NCBI GenBank assembly: GCA_964057225.1 | Contig: OZ059896.1 | Location: 12,090,001 to 12,154,000 of the forward strand | DNA: 64,000 nucleotides | Source: Auanema rhodensis | Taxonomy: Eukaryota; Animalia; Nematoda | Direction of reading: 5' to 3' | Part shown: positions 13,801 to 28,800 of the stretch, piece after piece | Position numbering within the stretch: the first letter of the stretch is position 1 | Layout of the letters: every line of letters begins with the position of its first letter | Position numbers and translations under genes: made by a program | Notes under the pieces: generated by a model | The model's input: the letters and a program-made list of their open reading frames with translations, nothing else | Database searches by the model: none | Told to the model about the DNA's origin: nothing

Positions 13801-16800
13801 TTTTACTCCATCGCTTTTATTTAATCCCATATTTTAAACAATTTTATATTTCTACCGCTATTTCATAATTTCATTTTTTAAATTTTTAATCATTAAAAAA
13901 CATTTAAATTTCAATATTGTGATGCTCAAAAACTGAAACAGTTCAATATTTTGTAATTTCTAAACCATTTTACTCCATCGCTTTTATTTAATTCCATATT
14001 TTAAACAATTTTATATTTCTACCGCTATTTCATAATTTCATTTTTTAAATTTTTAATCATTAAAAAACATTTAAATTTCAATATTGTGATGCTCAAAAAC
14101 TGAAACATTTAAATATTCTGTATTTTCTAAACCATTTCACTCCATCTCTTTCATTTAATTCCATATTTTAAACAATTTTATATTTCTACCGCGAATTCAT
14201 AACTTCATTTTTTAAATTTTTGATCATTAAAAAACATTTAAATTTCAATGTTGTGATGCTCAAAAACTGAAACAGTTGAATATTTTGTAATTTCTAAACC
14301 ATTTTACTCCATCTCTTTCATTTAATTCCATATTTTAAACAATTTTATATTTCTACCACAAATTCATAACTTCATTTTTTAAATTTTTAATCATTAAAAA
14401 ACATTTAAATTTCAATATTGTGATGCTCAAAAACTGAAACATTTAAATATTTTGTATTTTCTAAACCATTTCACTCCATCTCTTTCATTTAATTCCATAT
14501 TTTAAACAATTTTATATTTCTACCACGAATTCATAACTTCATTTTTTAAATTTTTGATCATTAAAAAACATTTAAATTTCAATATTGTGAAGCTCAAAAA
14601 CTGAAACAGTTAAATATTTTGTATTTTCTAAACCATTTCACTCCATCTCTTTCATTTAATTCCATATTATAAACAATTTTATATTTCTACCACGAATTCA
14701 TAACTTCATTTTTTAAATTTTTAATCATTAAAAAACATTTAAATTTCAATATTGTGATGCTCAAAAACTGAAACATTTAAATATTTTGTATTTTCTAAAC
14801 CATTTTACTCCATCGCTTTTATTTAATCCCATATTTTAAACAATTTTAAGTTTCTACCACGAATTCATAACTTCATTTTTTAAATTTTTGATCATTAAAA
14901 AACATTTAAATTTCAATATTGTGATGCTCAAAAACTGAAACAGTTGAATATTTTGTATTTTCTAAACCATTTTACTCCATCGCTTTTATATTTCTACCGC
15001 TATTTCATAAATTCATTTTTTAAATTTTTAATCATTAAAAAACATATAAATTTCAATATTGTGATGCTCAAAAACTGAAACATTTAAATATTTTGTATTT
15101 TCTAAACCATTTCACTCCATCTCTTTCATTTAATTCCATATTTTAAACAATTTTATATTTCTACCACGAATTCATAACTTCATTTTTTAAATTTTTGATC
15201 ATTAAAAAACATTTAAATTTCAATATTGTGATGCTCAAAAACTGAAACAGTTGAATATTTTGTATTTTCTAAACCATTTCACTCCATCTCTTCCATTTAA
15301 TTCCATATTTTAAACAATTTTATATTTCTACCACGAATTCATAACTTCATTTTTTAAATTTTTAATCATTAAAAAACATTTAAATTTCAATATTGTGATG
15401 CTCAAAAACTAAAACAGTTGAATATTTTGTAATTTCTAAACCATTTTACTCCATCGCTTTTATTTAATCCCATATTTTAAACAATTTTATATTTCTACCA
15501 CGAATTCATAACTTCATTTTTTAAATTTTTAATCATTAAAAAACATTTAAATTTCAATATTGTGATGCTCAAAAACTGAAACTATTGAATATTTTGTAAT
15601 TTCTAAACCATTTTACTCCATCGCTTTTATTTAATCCCATATTTTAAACAATTTTATATTTCTACCGCTATTTCATAATTTCATTTTTTAAATTTTTAAT
15701 CATTAAAAAACATTTAAATTTCAATATTTTGATGCTCAAAAACTGAAACATTTAAATATTTTGTATTTTCTAAACCATTTCACTCCATCTCTTTCATTTA
15801 ATTCCATATTTTAAACAATTTTATATTTCTACCACGAATTCATAACTTCATTTTTTAAATTTTTAATCATTAAAAAACATTTAAATTTCAATATTGTGAT
15901 GCTCAAAAACTGAAACAGTTGAATATTTTGTATTTTCTAAACCATTTTACTCCATCTATTTTATTTAATCCCATATTTTAAACAATTTTATATTTCTACC
16001 GCTATTTCATAATTTCATTTTTTAAATTTTTAATCATTAAAAAACATTTAAATTTCAATATTGTGGTGCTCAAAAACTGAAACATTTAAATATTTTGTAT
16101 TTTCTAAACCATTTCACTCCATCTCTTTCATTTAATTCCATATTTTAAACAATTTTTTATTTCTACCACGAATTCATAACTTCATTTTTTAAATTTTTGA
16201 TCATCAAAAAACATTTAAATTTCAATATTGTGATGCTCAAAAACTAAAACAGTTGAATATTTTGTATTTTCTAAACCATTTTACTCCATCGCTTTTATTT
16301 AATTCCATATTTTAAACAATTTTATATTTCTACCACGAATTCATAATTTCACTTTTTAAATTTTTAATCATTAAAAAACATTTAAATTTCAATATTGTGA
16401 TGCTCAAAAACTGAAACAGTTGAATATTTTGTGTTTTCTAAACCATTTTACTCCATCTATTTCATTTAATCCCACATTTTAAACAATTTTATATTTCTAC
16501 CGCTATTTCATAATTTCATTTTTTAAATTTTTAATCATTAAAAAACATTCAAATTTCAATATTGTGATGCTCAAAAACTGAAACAGTTGAATATTTTGTA
16601 TTTTCTAAACCATTTTACTTCATATCTTTCATTTAATTCCATATTTTAAACAATTTTATATTTCTACCACGAATTCATAACTTCATTTTTTAAATTTTTA
16701 ATCATTAAAAAAAATTCAAATTTCAATATTGTGATGCTCAAAAACTGAAACAGTTGAATATTTTGTATTTTCTAAACCATTTTACTTCATATCTTTCATT

Positions 16801-19800
16801 TAATTCCATATTTTAAACAATTTTATATTTCTACCACGAATTCATAACTTCATTTTTTAAATTTTTAATCATTAAAAAAAATTTAAATTTCAATATTGTG
16901 ATGCTCAAAAACTGAAACATTTAAATATTTTGTATTTTCTAAACCATTTCACTCCATCTCTTTCATTTAATTCCATATTTTAAACAATTTTATATTTCTA
17001 CCACGAACTCATAACTTCATTTTTTAAATTTTTGATCATTAAAAAACATTTAAATTTCAATATTGTGATGCTCAAAAACTAAAACAGTTGAATATTTTGT
17101 ATTTTCTAAACCATTTTACTCCATCGCTTTTATTTAATCCCATATTTTAAACAATTTTATATTTCTACCGCTGTTTCATAAATTCATTTTTTAAATTTTT
17201 AATCATTAAAAAACATATAAATTTCAATATTGTGATGCTCAAAAACTGAAACATTTAAATATTTTGTATTTTCTAAACCATTTCACTCCATCTCTTTCAT
17301 TTAATTCCATATTTTAAACAATTTTATATTTCTACCACGAATTCATAACTTCATTTTTTAAATTTTTAATCATTAAAAAACATTTAAATTTCAATATTGT
17401 GATGCTCAAAAACTGAAACATTTAAATAATTTTTATTTTCTAAACCATTTCACTCCATCTCTTTCATTTAATTCCATATTTTAAACCATTTCATATTTCT
17501 ACCGCTATTTCATAAATTCATTTTTTAAATTTTTAATCATTAAAAAACATATAAATTTCAATATTGTGATGCTCAAAAACTGAAACATTTAAATATTTTG
17601 TATTTTCTAAACCATTTCACTCCATCTCTTTCATTTAATTCCATATTATAAACAATTTTATATTTCTACCACGAATTCATAACTTCATTTTTTAAATTTT
17701 TAATCATTAAAAAACATTTAAATTTCAATATTGTGATGCTCAAAAACTGAAACAGTTAAATATTTTGTATTTTCTAAACCATTTCACTCCATCTCTTTCA
17801 TTTAATTCCATATTATAAACAATTTTATATTTCTACCACGAATTCATAACTTCATTTTTTAAATTTTTAATCATTAAAAAACATTTAAATTTCAATATTG
17901 TGATGCTCAAAAACTAAAACAGTTGAATATTTTGTAATTTCTAAACCATTTTACTCCATCGCTTTTATTTAATCCCATATTTTAAACAATTTTATATTTC
18001 TACCGCTATTTCATAATTTCATTTTTTAAATTTTTAATCATTAAAAAACATTTAAATTTCAATATTGTGATGCTCAAAAACTGAAACAGTTGAATATTTT
18101 GTATTTTCTAAACCATTTTACTTCATATCTTTCATTTAATTCCATATTTTAAACAATTTTATATTTCTACCACGAATTCATAACTTCATTTTTTAAATTT
18201 TTAATCATTAAAAAACATATAAATTTCAATATTGTGATGCTCAAAAACTGAAACATTTAAATATTTTGTATTTTCTAAACCATTTCACTCCATCTCTTTC
18301 ATTTAATTCCATATTTTAAACAATTTTATATTTCTACCACGAATTCATAACTTCATTTTTTAAATTTTTAATCATTAAAAAACATTTAAATTTCAATATT
18401 GTGATGCTCAAAAACTGAAACATTTAAATAATTTGTATTTTCTAAACCATTTCACTCCATCTCTTTCATTTAATTCCATATTTTAAACCATTTTATATTT
18501 CTACCGCTATTTCATAAATTCATTTTTTAAATTTTTAATCATTAAAAAACATATAAATTTCAATATTGTGATGCTCAAAAACTGAAACATTTAAATATTT
18601 TGTATTTTCTAAACCATTTCACTCCATCTCTTTCATTTAATTCCATATTTTAAACAATTTTATATTTCTACCACGAATTCATAACTTCATTTTTTAAATT
18701 TTTGATCATTAAAAAACATTTAAACTTCAATATTGTGATGCTCAAAAACTGAAACAGTTAAATATTTTGTATTTTCTAAACCATTTCACTCCATCTCTTT
18801 CATTTAATTCCATATTATAAACAATTTTATATTTCTACCACGAATACATAACTTCATTTTTTAAATTTTTAATCATTAAAAAACATTTAAATTTCAATAT
18901 TGTGATGCTCAAAAACTAAAACAGTTGAATATTTTGTAATTTCTAAACCATTTTACTTCATATCTTTCATTTAATTCCATATTTTAAACAATTTTATATT
19001 TCTACCACGAATTCATAACTTCATTTTTTAAATTTTTAATCATTAAAAAAAATTTAAATTTCAATATTGTGATGCTCAAAAACTGAAACAGTTGAATATT
19101 TTGTATTTTCTAAACCATTTTACTCCATCTATTTTATTTAATCCCACATTTTAAACAATTTTATATTTCTACCGCTATTTCATAATTTCATTTTTTAAAT
19201 TTTTAATCATTAAAAAACATTTAAATTTCAATATTGTGATGCTCAAAAACTGAAACATTTAAATATTTTGTATTTTCTAAACCATTTCACTCCATCTCTT
19301 TCATTTAATTCCATATTTTAAACAATTTTATATTTCTACCACGAATTCATAACTTCATTTTTTAAATTTTTAATCATTAAAAAACATTTAAATTTCAATA
19401 TTGTGATGCTCAAAAACTGAAACATTTAAATATTTTGTATTTTCTAAACCATTTCACTCCATCTCTTTCATTTAATTCCATATTTTAAACAATTTTATAT
19501 TTCTACCACGAATTCATAACTTCATTTTTTAAATTTTTGATCATTAAAAAACATTTAAATTTCAATATTGTGATGCTCAAAAACTGAAACAGTTGAATAT
19601 TTTGTAATTTCTAAACCATTTTACTCCATCGCTTTTATTTAATCCCATATTTTAAACAATTTTATATTTCTACCGCTATTTCATAATTTCATTTTTTAAA
19701 TTTTTAATCATTAAAAAACATTTAAATTTCAATATTGTGATGCTCAAAAACTGAAACAGTTCAATATTTTGTAATTTCTAAACCATTTTACTCCATCGCT

Positions 19801-22800
19801 TTTATTTAATTCCATATTTTAAACAATTTTATATTTCTACCGCTATTTCATAATTTCATTTTTTAAATTTTTAATCATTAAAAAACATTTAAATTTCAAT
19901 ATTGTGATGCTCAAAAACTGAAACATTTAAATATTTTGTATTTTCTAAACCATTTCACTCCATCTCTTTCATTTAATTCCATATTTTAAACAATTTTATA
20001 TTTCTACCGCGAATTCATAACTTCATTTTTTAAATTTTTGATCATTAAAAAACATTTAAATTTCAATGTTGTGATGCTCAAAAACTGAAACAGTTGAATA
20101 TTTTGTAATTTCTAAACCATTTTACTCCATCTCTTTCATTTAATTCCATATTTTAAACAATTTTATATTTCTACCACGAATTCATAACTTCATTTTTTAA
20201 ATTTTTAATCATTAAAAAACATTTAAATTTCAATATTGTGATGCTCAAAAACTGAAACATTTAAATATTTTGTATTTTCTAAACCATTTCACTCCATCTC
20301 TTTCATTTAATTCCATATTTTAAACAATTTTATATTTCTACCACGAATTCATAACTTCATTTTTTAAATTTTTGATCATTAAAAAACATTTAAATTTCAA
20401 TATTGTGATGCTCAAAAACTGAAACAGTTAAATATTTTGTATTTTCTAAACCATTTCACTCCATCTCTTTCATTTAATTCCATATTATAAACAATTTTAT
20501 ATTTCTACCACGAATTCATAACTTCATTTTTTAAATTTTTAATCATTAAAAAACATTTAAATTTCAATATTGTGATGCTCAAAAACTGAAACATTTAAAT
20601 ATTTTGTATTTTCTAAACCATTTTACTCCATCGCTTTTATTTAATCCCATATTTTAAACAATTTTATATTTCTACCACGAATTCATAACTTCATTTTTTA
20701 AATTTTTGATCATTAAAAAACATTTAAATTTCAATATTGTGATGCTCAAAAACTGAAACAGTTGAATATTTTGTATTTTCTAAACCATTTTACTCCATCG
20801 CTTTTATATTTCTACCGCTATTTCATAAATTCATTTTTTAAATTTTTAATCATTAAAAAACATATAAATTTCAATATTGTGATGCTCAAAAACTGAAACA
20901 TTTAAATATTTTGTATTTTCTAAACCATTTCACTCCATCTCTTTCATTTAATTCCATATTTTAAACAATTTTAAATTTCTACCACGAATTCATAACTTCA
21001 TTTTTTAAATTTTTGATCATTAAAAAACATTTAAATTTCAATATTGTGATGCTCAAAAAATGAAACAGTTGAATATTTTGTATTTTCTAAACCATTTCAC
21101 TCCATCTCTTCCATTTAATTCCATATTTTAAACAATTTTATATTTCTACCACGAATTCATAACTTCATTTTTTAAATTTTTAATCATTAAAAAACATTTA
21201 AATTTCAATATTGTGATGCTCAAAAACTAAAACAGTTGAATATTTTGTAATTTCTAAACCATTTTACTCCATCGCTTTTATTTAATCCCATATTTTAAAC
21301 AATTTTATATTTCTACCACGAATTCATAACTTCATTTTTTAAATTTTTAATCATTAAAAAACATTTAAATTTCAATATTGTGATGCTCAAAAACTGAAAC
21401 AGTTGAATATTTTGTAATTTCTAAACCATTTTACTCCATCGCTTTTATTTAATTCCATATTTTAAACAATTTTATATTTCTACCGCTATTTCATAATTTC
21501 ATTTTTTAAATTTTTAATCATTAAAAAACATTTAAATTTCAATATTGTGATGCTCAAAAACTGAAACATTTAAATATTTTGTATTTTCTAAACCATTTCA
21601 CTCCATCTCTTTCATTTAATTCCATATTTTAAACAATTTTATATTTCTACCACGAATTCATAACTTCATTTTTTAAATTTTTGATCATTAAAAAACATTT
21701 AAATTTCAATGTTGTGATGCTCAAAAACTGAAACAGTTGAATATTTTGTATTTTCTAAACCATTTCACTCCATCTCTTTCATTTAATTCCATATTTTAAA
21801 CAATTTTATATTTCTACCACGAATTCATAACTTCATTTTTTAAATTTTTGATCATTAAAAAACATTTAAATTTCAATATTGTGATGCTCAAAAACTGAAA
21901 CAGTTGAATATTTTGTAATTTCTAAACCATTTTACTCCATCTCTTTCATTTAATTCCATATTTTAAACAATTTTATATTTCTACCTCGAATTCATAACTT
22001 CATTTTTTAAATTTTTGATCATTAAAAAACATTTAAATTTCAATATTGTGATGCTCAAAAACTGAAACAGTTGAATATTTTGTAATTTCTAAACCATTTT
22101 ACTCCATCGCTTTTATTTAATCCCATATTTTAAACAATTTTATATTTCTACCGCTATTTCATAATTTCATTTTTTAAATTTTTAATCATTAAAAAACATT
22201 TAAATTTCAATATTGTGATGCTCAAAAACTGAAACAGTTGAATATTTTGTAATTTCTAAACCATTTTACTCCATCGCTTTTATTTAATTCCATATTTTAA
22301 ACAATTTTATATTTCTACCGCTATTTCATAATTTCATTTTTTAAATTTTTAATCATTAAAAAACATTTAAATTTCAATATTGTGATGCTCAAAAACTGAA
22401 ACAGTTGAATATTTTGTAATTTCTAAACCATTTTACTCCATCGCTTTTATTTAATCCCATATTTTAAACAATTTTATATTTCTACCGCTATTTCATAATT
22501 TCATTTTTTAAATTTTTAATCATTAAAAAACATTTAAATTTCAATATTGTGATGCTCAAAAACTGAAACAGTTGAATATTTTGTAATTTCTAAACCATTT
22601 TACTCCATCTCTTTCATTTAATTCCATATTTTAAACAATTTTATATTTCTACCGCTATTTCATAAATTCATTTTTTAAATTTTTAATCATTAAAAAACAT
22701 ATAAATTTCAATATTGTGATGCTCAAAAACTGAAACATTTAAATATTTTGTAATTTCTAAACCATTTTACTCCATCGCTTTTATTTAATTCCATATTTTA

Positions 22801-25800
22801 AACAATTTTATATTTCTACCGCTATTTCATAATTTCATTTTTTAAATTTTTAATCATTAAAAAACATTTAAATTTCAATATTGTGATGCTCAAAAACTGA
22901 AACATTTAAATATTTTGTATTTTCTAAACCATTTCACTCCATCTCTTTCATTTAATTCCATATTTTAAACAATTTTATATTTCTACCACGAATTCATAAC
23001 TTCATTTTTTAAATTTTTAATCATTAAAAAACATTTAAATTTCAATATTGTGATGCTCAAAAACTGAAACATTTAAATATTTTGTATTTTCTAAACCATT
23101 TTACTCCATCGCTTTTATTTAATCCCATATTTTAAACAATTTTATATTTCTACCACGAATTCATAACTTCATTTTTTAAATTTTTGATCATTAAAAAACA
23201 TTTAAATTTCAATATTGTGATGCTCAAAAACTGAAACAGTTGAATATTTTGTATTTTCTAAACCATTTTACTCCATCGCTTTTATATTTCTACCGCTATT
23301 TCATAAATTCATTTTTTAAATTTTTAATCATTAAAAAACATATAAATTTCAATATTGTGATGCTCAAAAACTGAAACATTTAAATATTTTGTATTTTCTA
23401 AACCATTTCACTCCATCTCTTTCTTTTAATTCCATATTTTAAACAATTTTATATTTCTACCACGAATTCATAACTTCATTTTTTAAATTTTTGATCATTA
23501 AAAAACATTTAAATTTCAATATTGTGATGCTCAAAAACTGAAACAGTTGAATATTTTGTATTTTCTAAACCATTTCACTCCATCTCTTCCATTTAATTCC
23601 ATATTTTAAACAATTTTATATTTCTACCACGAATTCATAACTTCATTTTTTAAATTTTTAATCATTAAAAAACATTTAAATTTCAATATTGTGATGCTCA
23701 AAAACTAAAACAGTTGAATATTTTGTAATTTCTAAACCATTTTACTCCATCGCTTTTATTTAATCCCATATTTTAAACAATTTTATATTTCTACCACGAA
23801 TTCATAACTTCATTTTTTAAATTTTTAGTCATTAAAAAACATTTAAATTTCAATATTGTGATGCTCAAAAACTGAAACAGTTGAATATTTTGTAATTTCT
23901 AAACCATTTTACTCCATCGCTTTTATTTAATTCCATATTTTAAACAATTTTATATTTCTACCGCTATTTCATAATTTCATTTTTTAAATTTTTAATCATT
24001 AAAAAACATTTAAATTTCAATATTGTGATGCTCAAAAACTGAAACATTTAAATATTTTGTATTTTCTAAACCATTTTACTCCATCGCTTTTATTTAATTC
24101 CATATTTTAAACAATTTTATATTTCTACCGCTATTTCATAACTTCATTTTTTAAATTTTTAATCATTAAAAAACATTTAAATTTCAATATTGTGATGCTC
24201 AAAAACTAAAACAGTTGAATATTTTGTAATTTCTAAACCATTTTACTCCATCGCTTTTATTTAATCCCATATTTTAAACAATTTTATATTTCTACCACGA
24301 ATTCATAACTTCATTTTTTAAATTTTTAGTCATTAAAAAACATTTAAATTTCAATATTGTGATGCTCAAAAACTGAAACAGTTGAATATTTTGTAATTTC
24401 TAAACCATTTTACTCCATCGCTTTTATTTAATTCCATATTTTAAACAATTTTATATTTCTACCACGAATTCATAACTTCATTTTTTAAATTTTTAATCAT
24501 TAAAAAACATTTAAATTTCAATATTGTGATGCTCAAAAACTGAAACATTTAAATATTTTGTATTTTCTAAACCATTTTACTCCATCGCTTTTATTTAATC
24601 CCATATTTTAAACAATTTTATATTTCTACCACGAATTCATAACTTCATTTTTTAAATTTTTGATCATTAAAAAACATTTAAATTTCAATATTGTGATGCT
24701 CAAAAACTGAAACAGTTGAATATTTTGTATTTTCTAAACCATTTTACTCCATCGCTTTTATATTTCTACCGCTATTTCATAAATTCATTTTTTAAATTTT
24801 TAATCATTAAAAAACATATAAATTTCAATATTGTGATGCTCAAAAACTGAAACATTTAAATATTTTGTATTTTCTAAACCATTTCACTCCATCTCTTTCT
24901 TTTAATTCCATATTTTAAACAATTTTATATTTCTACCACGAATTCATAACTTCATTTTTTAAATTTTTGATCATTAAAAAACATTTAAATTTCAATATTG
25001 TGATGCTCAAAAACTGAAACAGTTGAATATTTTGTATTTTCTAAACCATTTCACTCCATCTCTTCCATTTAATTCCATATTTTAAACAATTTTATATTTC
25101 TACCACGAATTCATAACTTCATTTTTTAAATTTTTAATCATTAAAAAACATTTAAATTTCAATATTGTGATGCTCAAAAACTAAAACAGTTGAATATTTT
25201 GTAATTTCTAAACCATTTTACTCCATCGCTTTTATTTAATCCCATATTTTAAACAATTTTATATTTCTACCACGAATTCATAACTTCATTTTTTAAATTT
25301 TTAGTCATTAAAAAACATTTAAATTTCAATATTGTGATGCTCAAAAACTGAAACAGTTGAATATTTTGTAATTTCTAAACCATTTTACTCCATCGCTTTT
25401 ATTTAATTCCATATTTTAAACAATTTTATATTTCTACCGCTATTTCATAATTTCATTTTTTAAATTTTTAATCATTAAAAAACATTTAAATTTCAATATT
25501 GTGATGCTCAAAAACTGAAACATTTAAATATTTTGTATTTTCTAAACCATTTCACTCCATCTCTTTCATTTAATTCCATATTTTAAACAATTTTATATTT
25601 CTACCACGAATTCATAACTTCATTTTTTAAATTTTTGATCATTAAAAAACATTTAAATTTCAATGTTGTGATGCTCAAAAACTGAAACAGTTGAATATTT
25701 TGTATTTTCTAAACCATTTCACTCCATCTCTTTCATTTAATTCCATATTTTAAACAATTTTATATTTCTACCACGAATTCATAACTTCATTTTTTAAATT

Positions 25801-28800
25801 TTTGATCATTAAAAAACATTTAAATTTCAATATTGTGATGCTCAAAAACTGAAACAGTTGAATATTTTGTAATTTCTAAACCATTTTACTCCATCTCTTT
25901 CATTTAATTCCATATTTTAAACAATTTTATATTTCTACCTCGAATTCATAACTTCATTTTTTAAATTTTTGATCATTAAAAAACATTTAAATTTCAATAT
26001 TGTGATGCTCAAAAACTGAAACAGTTGAATATTTTGTAATTTCTAAACCATTTTACTCCATCGCTTTTATTTAATCCCATATTTTAAACAATTTTATATT
26101 TCTACCGCTATTTCATAATTTCATTTTTTAAATTTTTAATCATTAAAAAACATTTAAATTTCAATATTGTGATGCTCAAAAACTGAAACAGTTGAATATT
26201 TTGTAATTTCTAAACCATTTTACTCCATCGCTTTTATTTAATTCCATATTTTAAACAATTTTATATTTCTACCGCTATTTCATAATTTCATTTTTTAAAT
26301 TTTTAATCATTAAAAAACATTTAAATTTCAATATTGTGATGCTCAAAAACTGAAACAGTTGAATATTTTGTAATTTCTAAACCATTTTACTCCATCGCTT
26401 TTATTTAATCCCATATTTTAAACAATTTTATATTTCTACCGCTATTTCATAATTTCATTTTTTAAATTTTTAATCATTAAAAAACATTTAAATTTCAATA
26501 TTGTGATGCTCAAAAACTGAAACAGTTGAATATTTTGTAATTTCTAAACCATTTTACTCCATCTCTTTCATTTAATTCCATATTTTAAACAATTTTATAT
26601 TTCTACCGCTATTTCATAAATTCATTTTTTAAATTTTTAATCATTAAAAAACATATAAATTTCAATATTGTGATGCTCAAAAACTGAAACATTTAAATAT
26701 TTTGTAATTTCTAAACCATTTTACTCCATCGCTTTTATTTAATTCCATATTTTAAACAATTTTATATTTCTACCGCTATTTCATAATTTCATTTTTTAAA
26801 TTTTTAATCATTAAAAAACATTTAAATTTCAATATTGTGATGCTCAAAAACTGAAACATTTAAATATTTTGTATTTTCTAAACCATTTCACTCCATCTCT
26901 TTCATTTAATTCCATATTTTAAACAATTTTATATTTCTACCACGAATTCATAACTTCATTTTTTAAATTTTTGATCATTAAAAAACATTTAAATTTCAAT
27001 GTTGTGATGCTCAAAAACTGAAACAGTTGAATATTTTGTATTTTCTAAACCATTTCACTCCATCTCTTTCATTTAATTCCATATTTTAAACAATTTTATA
27101 TTTCTACCACGAATTCATAACTTCATTTTTTAAATTTTTGATCATTAAAAAACATTTAAATTTCAATATTGTGATGCTCAAAAACTGAAACAGTTGAATA
27201 TTTTGTAATTTCTAAACCATTTTACTCCATCTCTTTCATTTAATTCCATATTTTAAACAATTTTATATTTCTACCTCGAATTCATAACTTCATTTTTTAA
27301 ATTTTTGATCATTAAAAAACATTTAAATTTCAATATTGTGATGCTCAAAAACTGAAACAGTTGAATATTTTGTAATTTCTAAACCATTTTACTCCATCGC
27401 TTTTATTTAATCCCATATTTTAAACAATTTTATATTTCTACCGCTATTTCATAATTTCATTTTTTAAATTTTTAATCATTAAAAAACATTTAAATTTCAA
27501 TATTGTGATGCTCAAAAACTGAAACAGTTGAATATTTTGTAATTTCTAAACCATTTTACTCCATCGCTTTTATTTAATTCCATATTTTAAACAATTTTAT
27601 ATTTCTACCGCTATTTCATAATTTCATTTTTTAAATTTTTAATCATTAAAAAACATTTAAATTTCAATATTGTGATGCTCAAAAACTGAAACAGTTGAAT
27701 ATTTTGTAATTTCTAAACCATTTTACTCCATCGCTTTTATTTAATCCCATATTTTAAACAATTTTATATTTCTACCGCTATTTCATAATTTCATTTTTTA
27801 AATTTTTAATCATTAAAAAACATTTAAATTTCAATATTGTGATGCTCAAAAACTGTAACAGTTGAATATTTTGTAATTTCTAAACCATTTTACTCCATCT
27901 CTTTCATTTAATTCCATATTTTAAACAATTTTATATTTCTACCGCTATTTCATAAATTCATTTTTTAAATTTTTAATCATTAAAAAACATATAAATTTCA
28001 ATATTGTGATGCTCAAAAACTGAAACATTTAAATATTTTGTAATTTCTAAACCATTTTACTCCATCGCTTTTATTTAATTCCATATTTTAAACAATTTTA
28101 TATTTCTACCGCTATTTCATAATTTCATTTTTTAAATTTTTAATCATTAAAAAACATTTAAATTTCAATATTGTGATGCTCAAAAACTGAAACATTTAAA
28201 TATTTTGTATTTTCTAAACCATTTCACTCCATCTCTTTCATTTAATTCCATATTTTAAACAATTTTATATTTCTACCACGAATTCATAACTTCATTTTTT
28301 AAATTTTTGATCATTAAAAAACATTTAAATTTCAATGTTGTGATGCTCAAAAACTGAAACAGTTGAATATTTTGTAATTTCTAAACCATTTTACTCCATC
28401 TCTTTCATTTAATTCCATATTTTAAACAATTTTATATTTCTACCTCGAATTCATAACTTCATTTTTTAAATTTTTAATCATTAAAAAACATTTAAATTTC
28501 AATATTGTGATGCTCAAAAACTGAAACATTTAAATATTTTGTATTTTCTAAACCATTTCACTCCATCTCTTTCATTTAATTCCATATTTTAAACAATTTT
28601 ATATTTCTACCACGAATTCATAACTTCATTTTTTAAATTTTTGATCATTAAAAAACATTTAAATTTCAATATTGTGATGCTCAAAAACTGAAACAGTTGA
28701 ATATTTTGTATTTTCTAAACCATTTCACTCCATCTCTTCCATTTAATTCCATATTTTAAACAATTTTATATTTCTACCACGAATTCATAACTTCATTTTT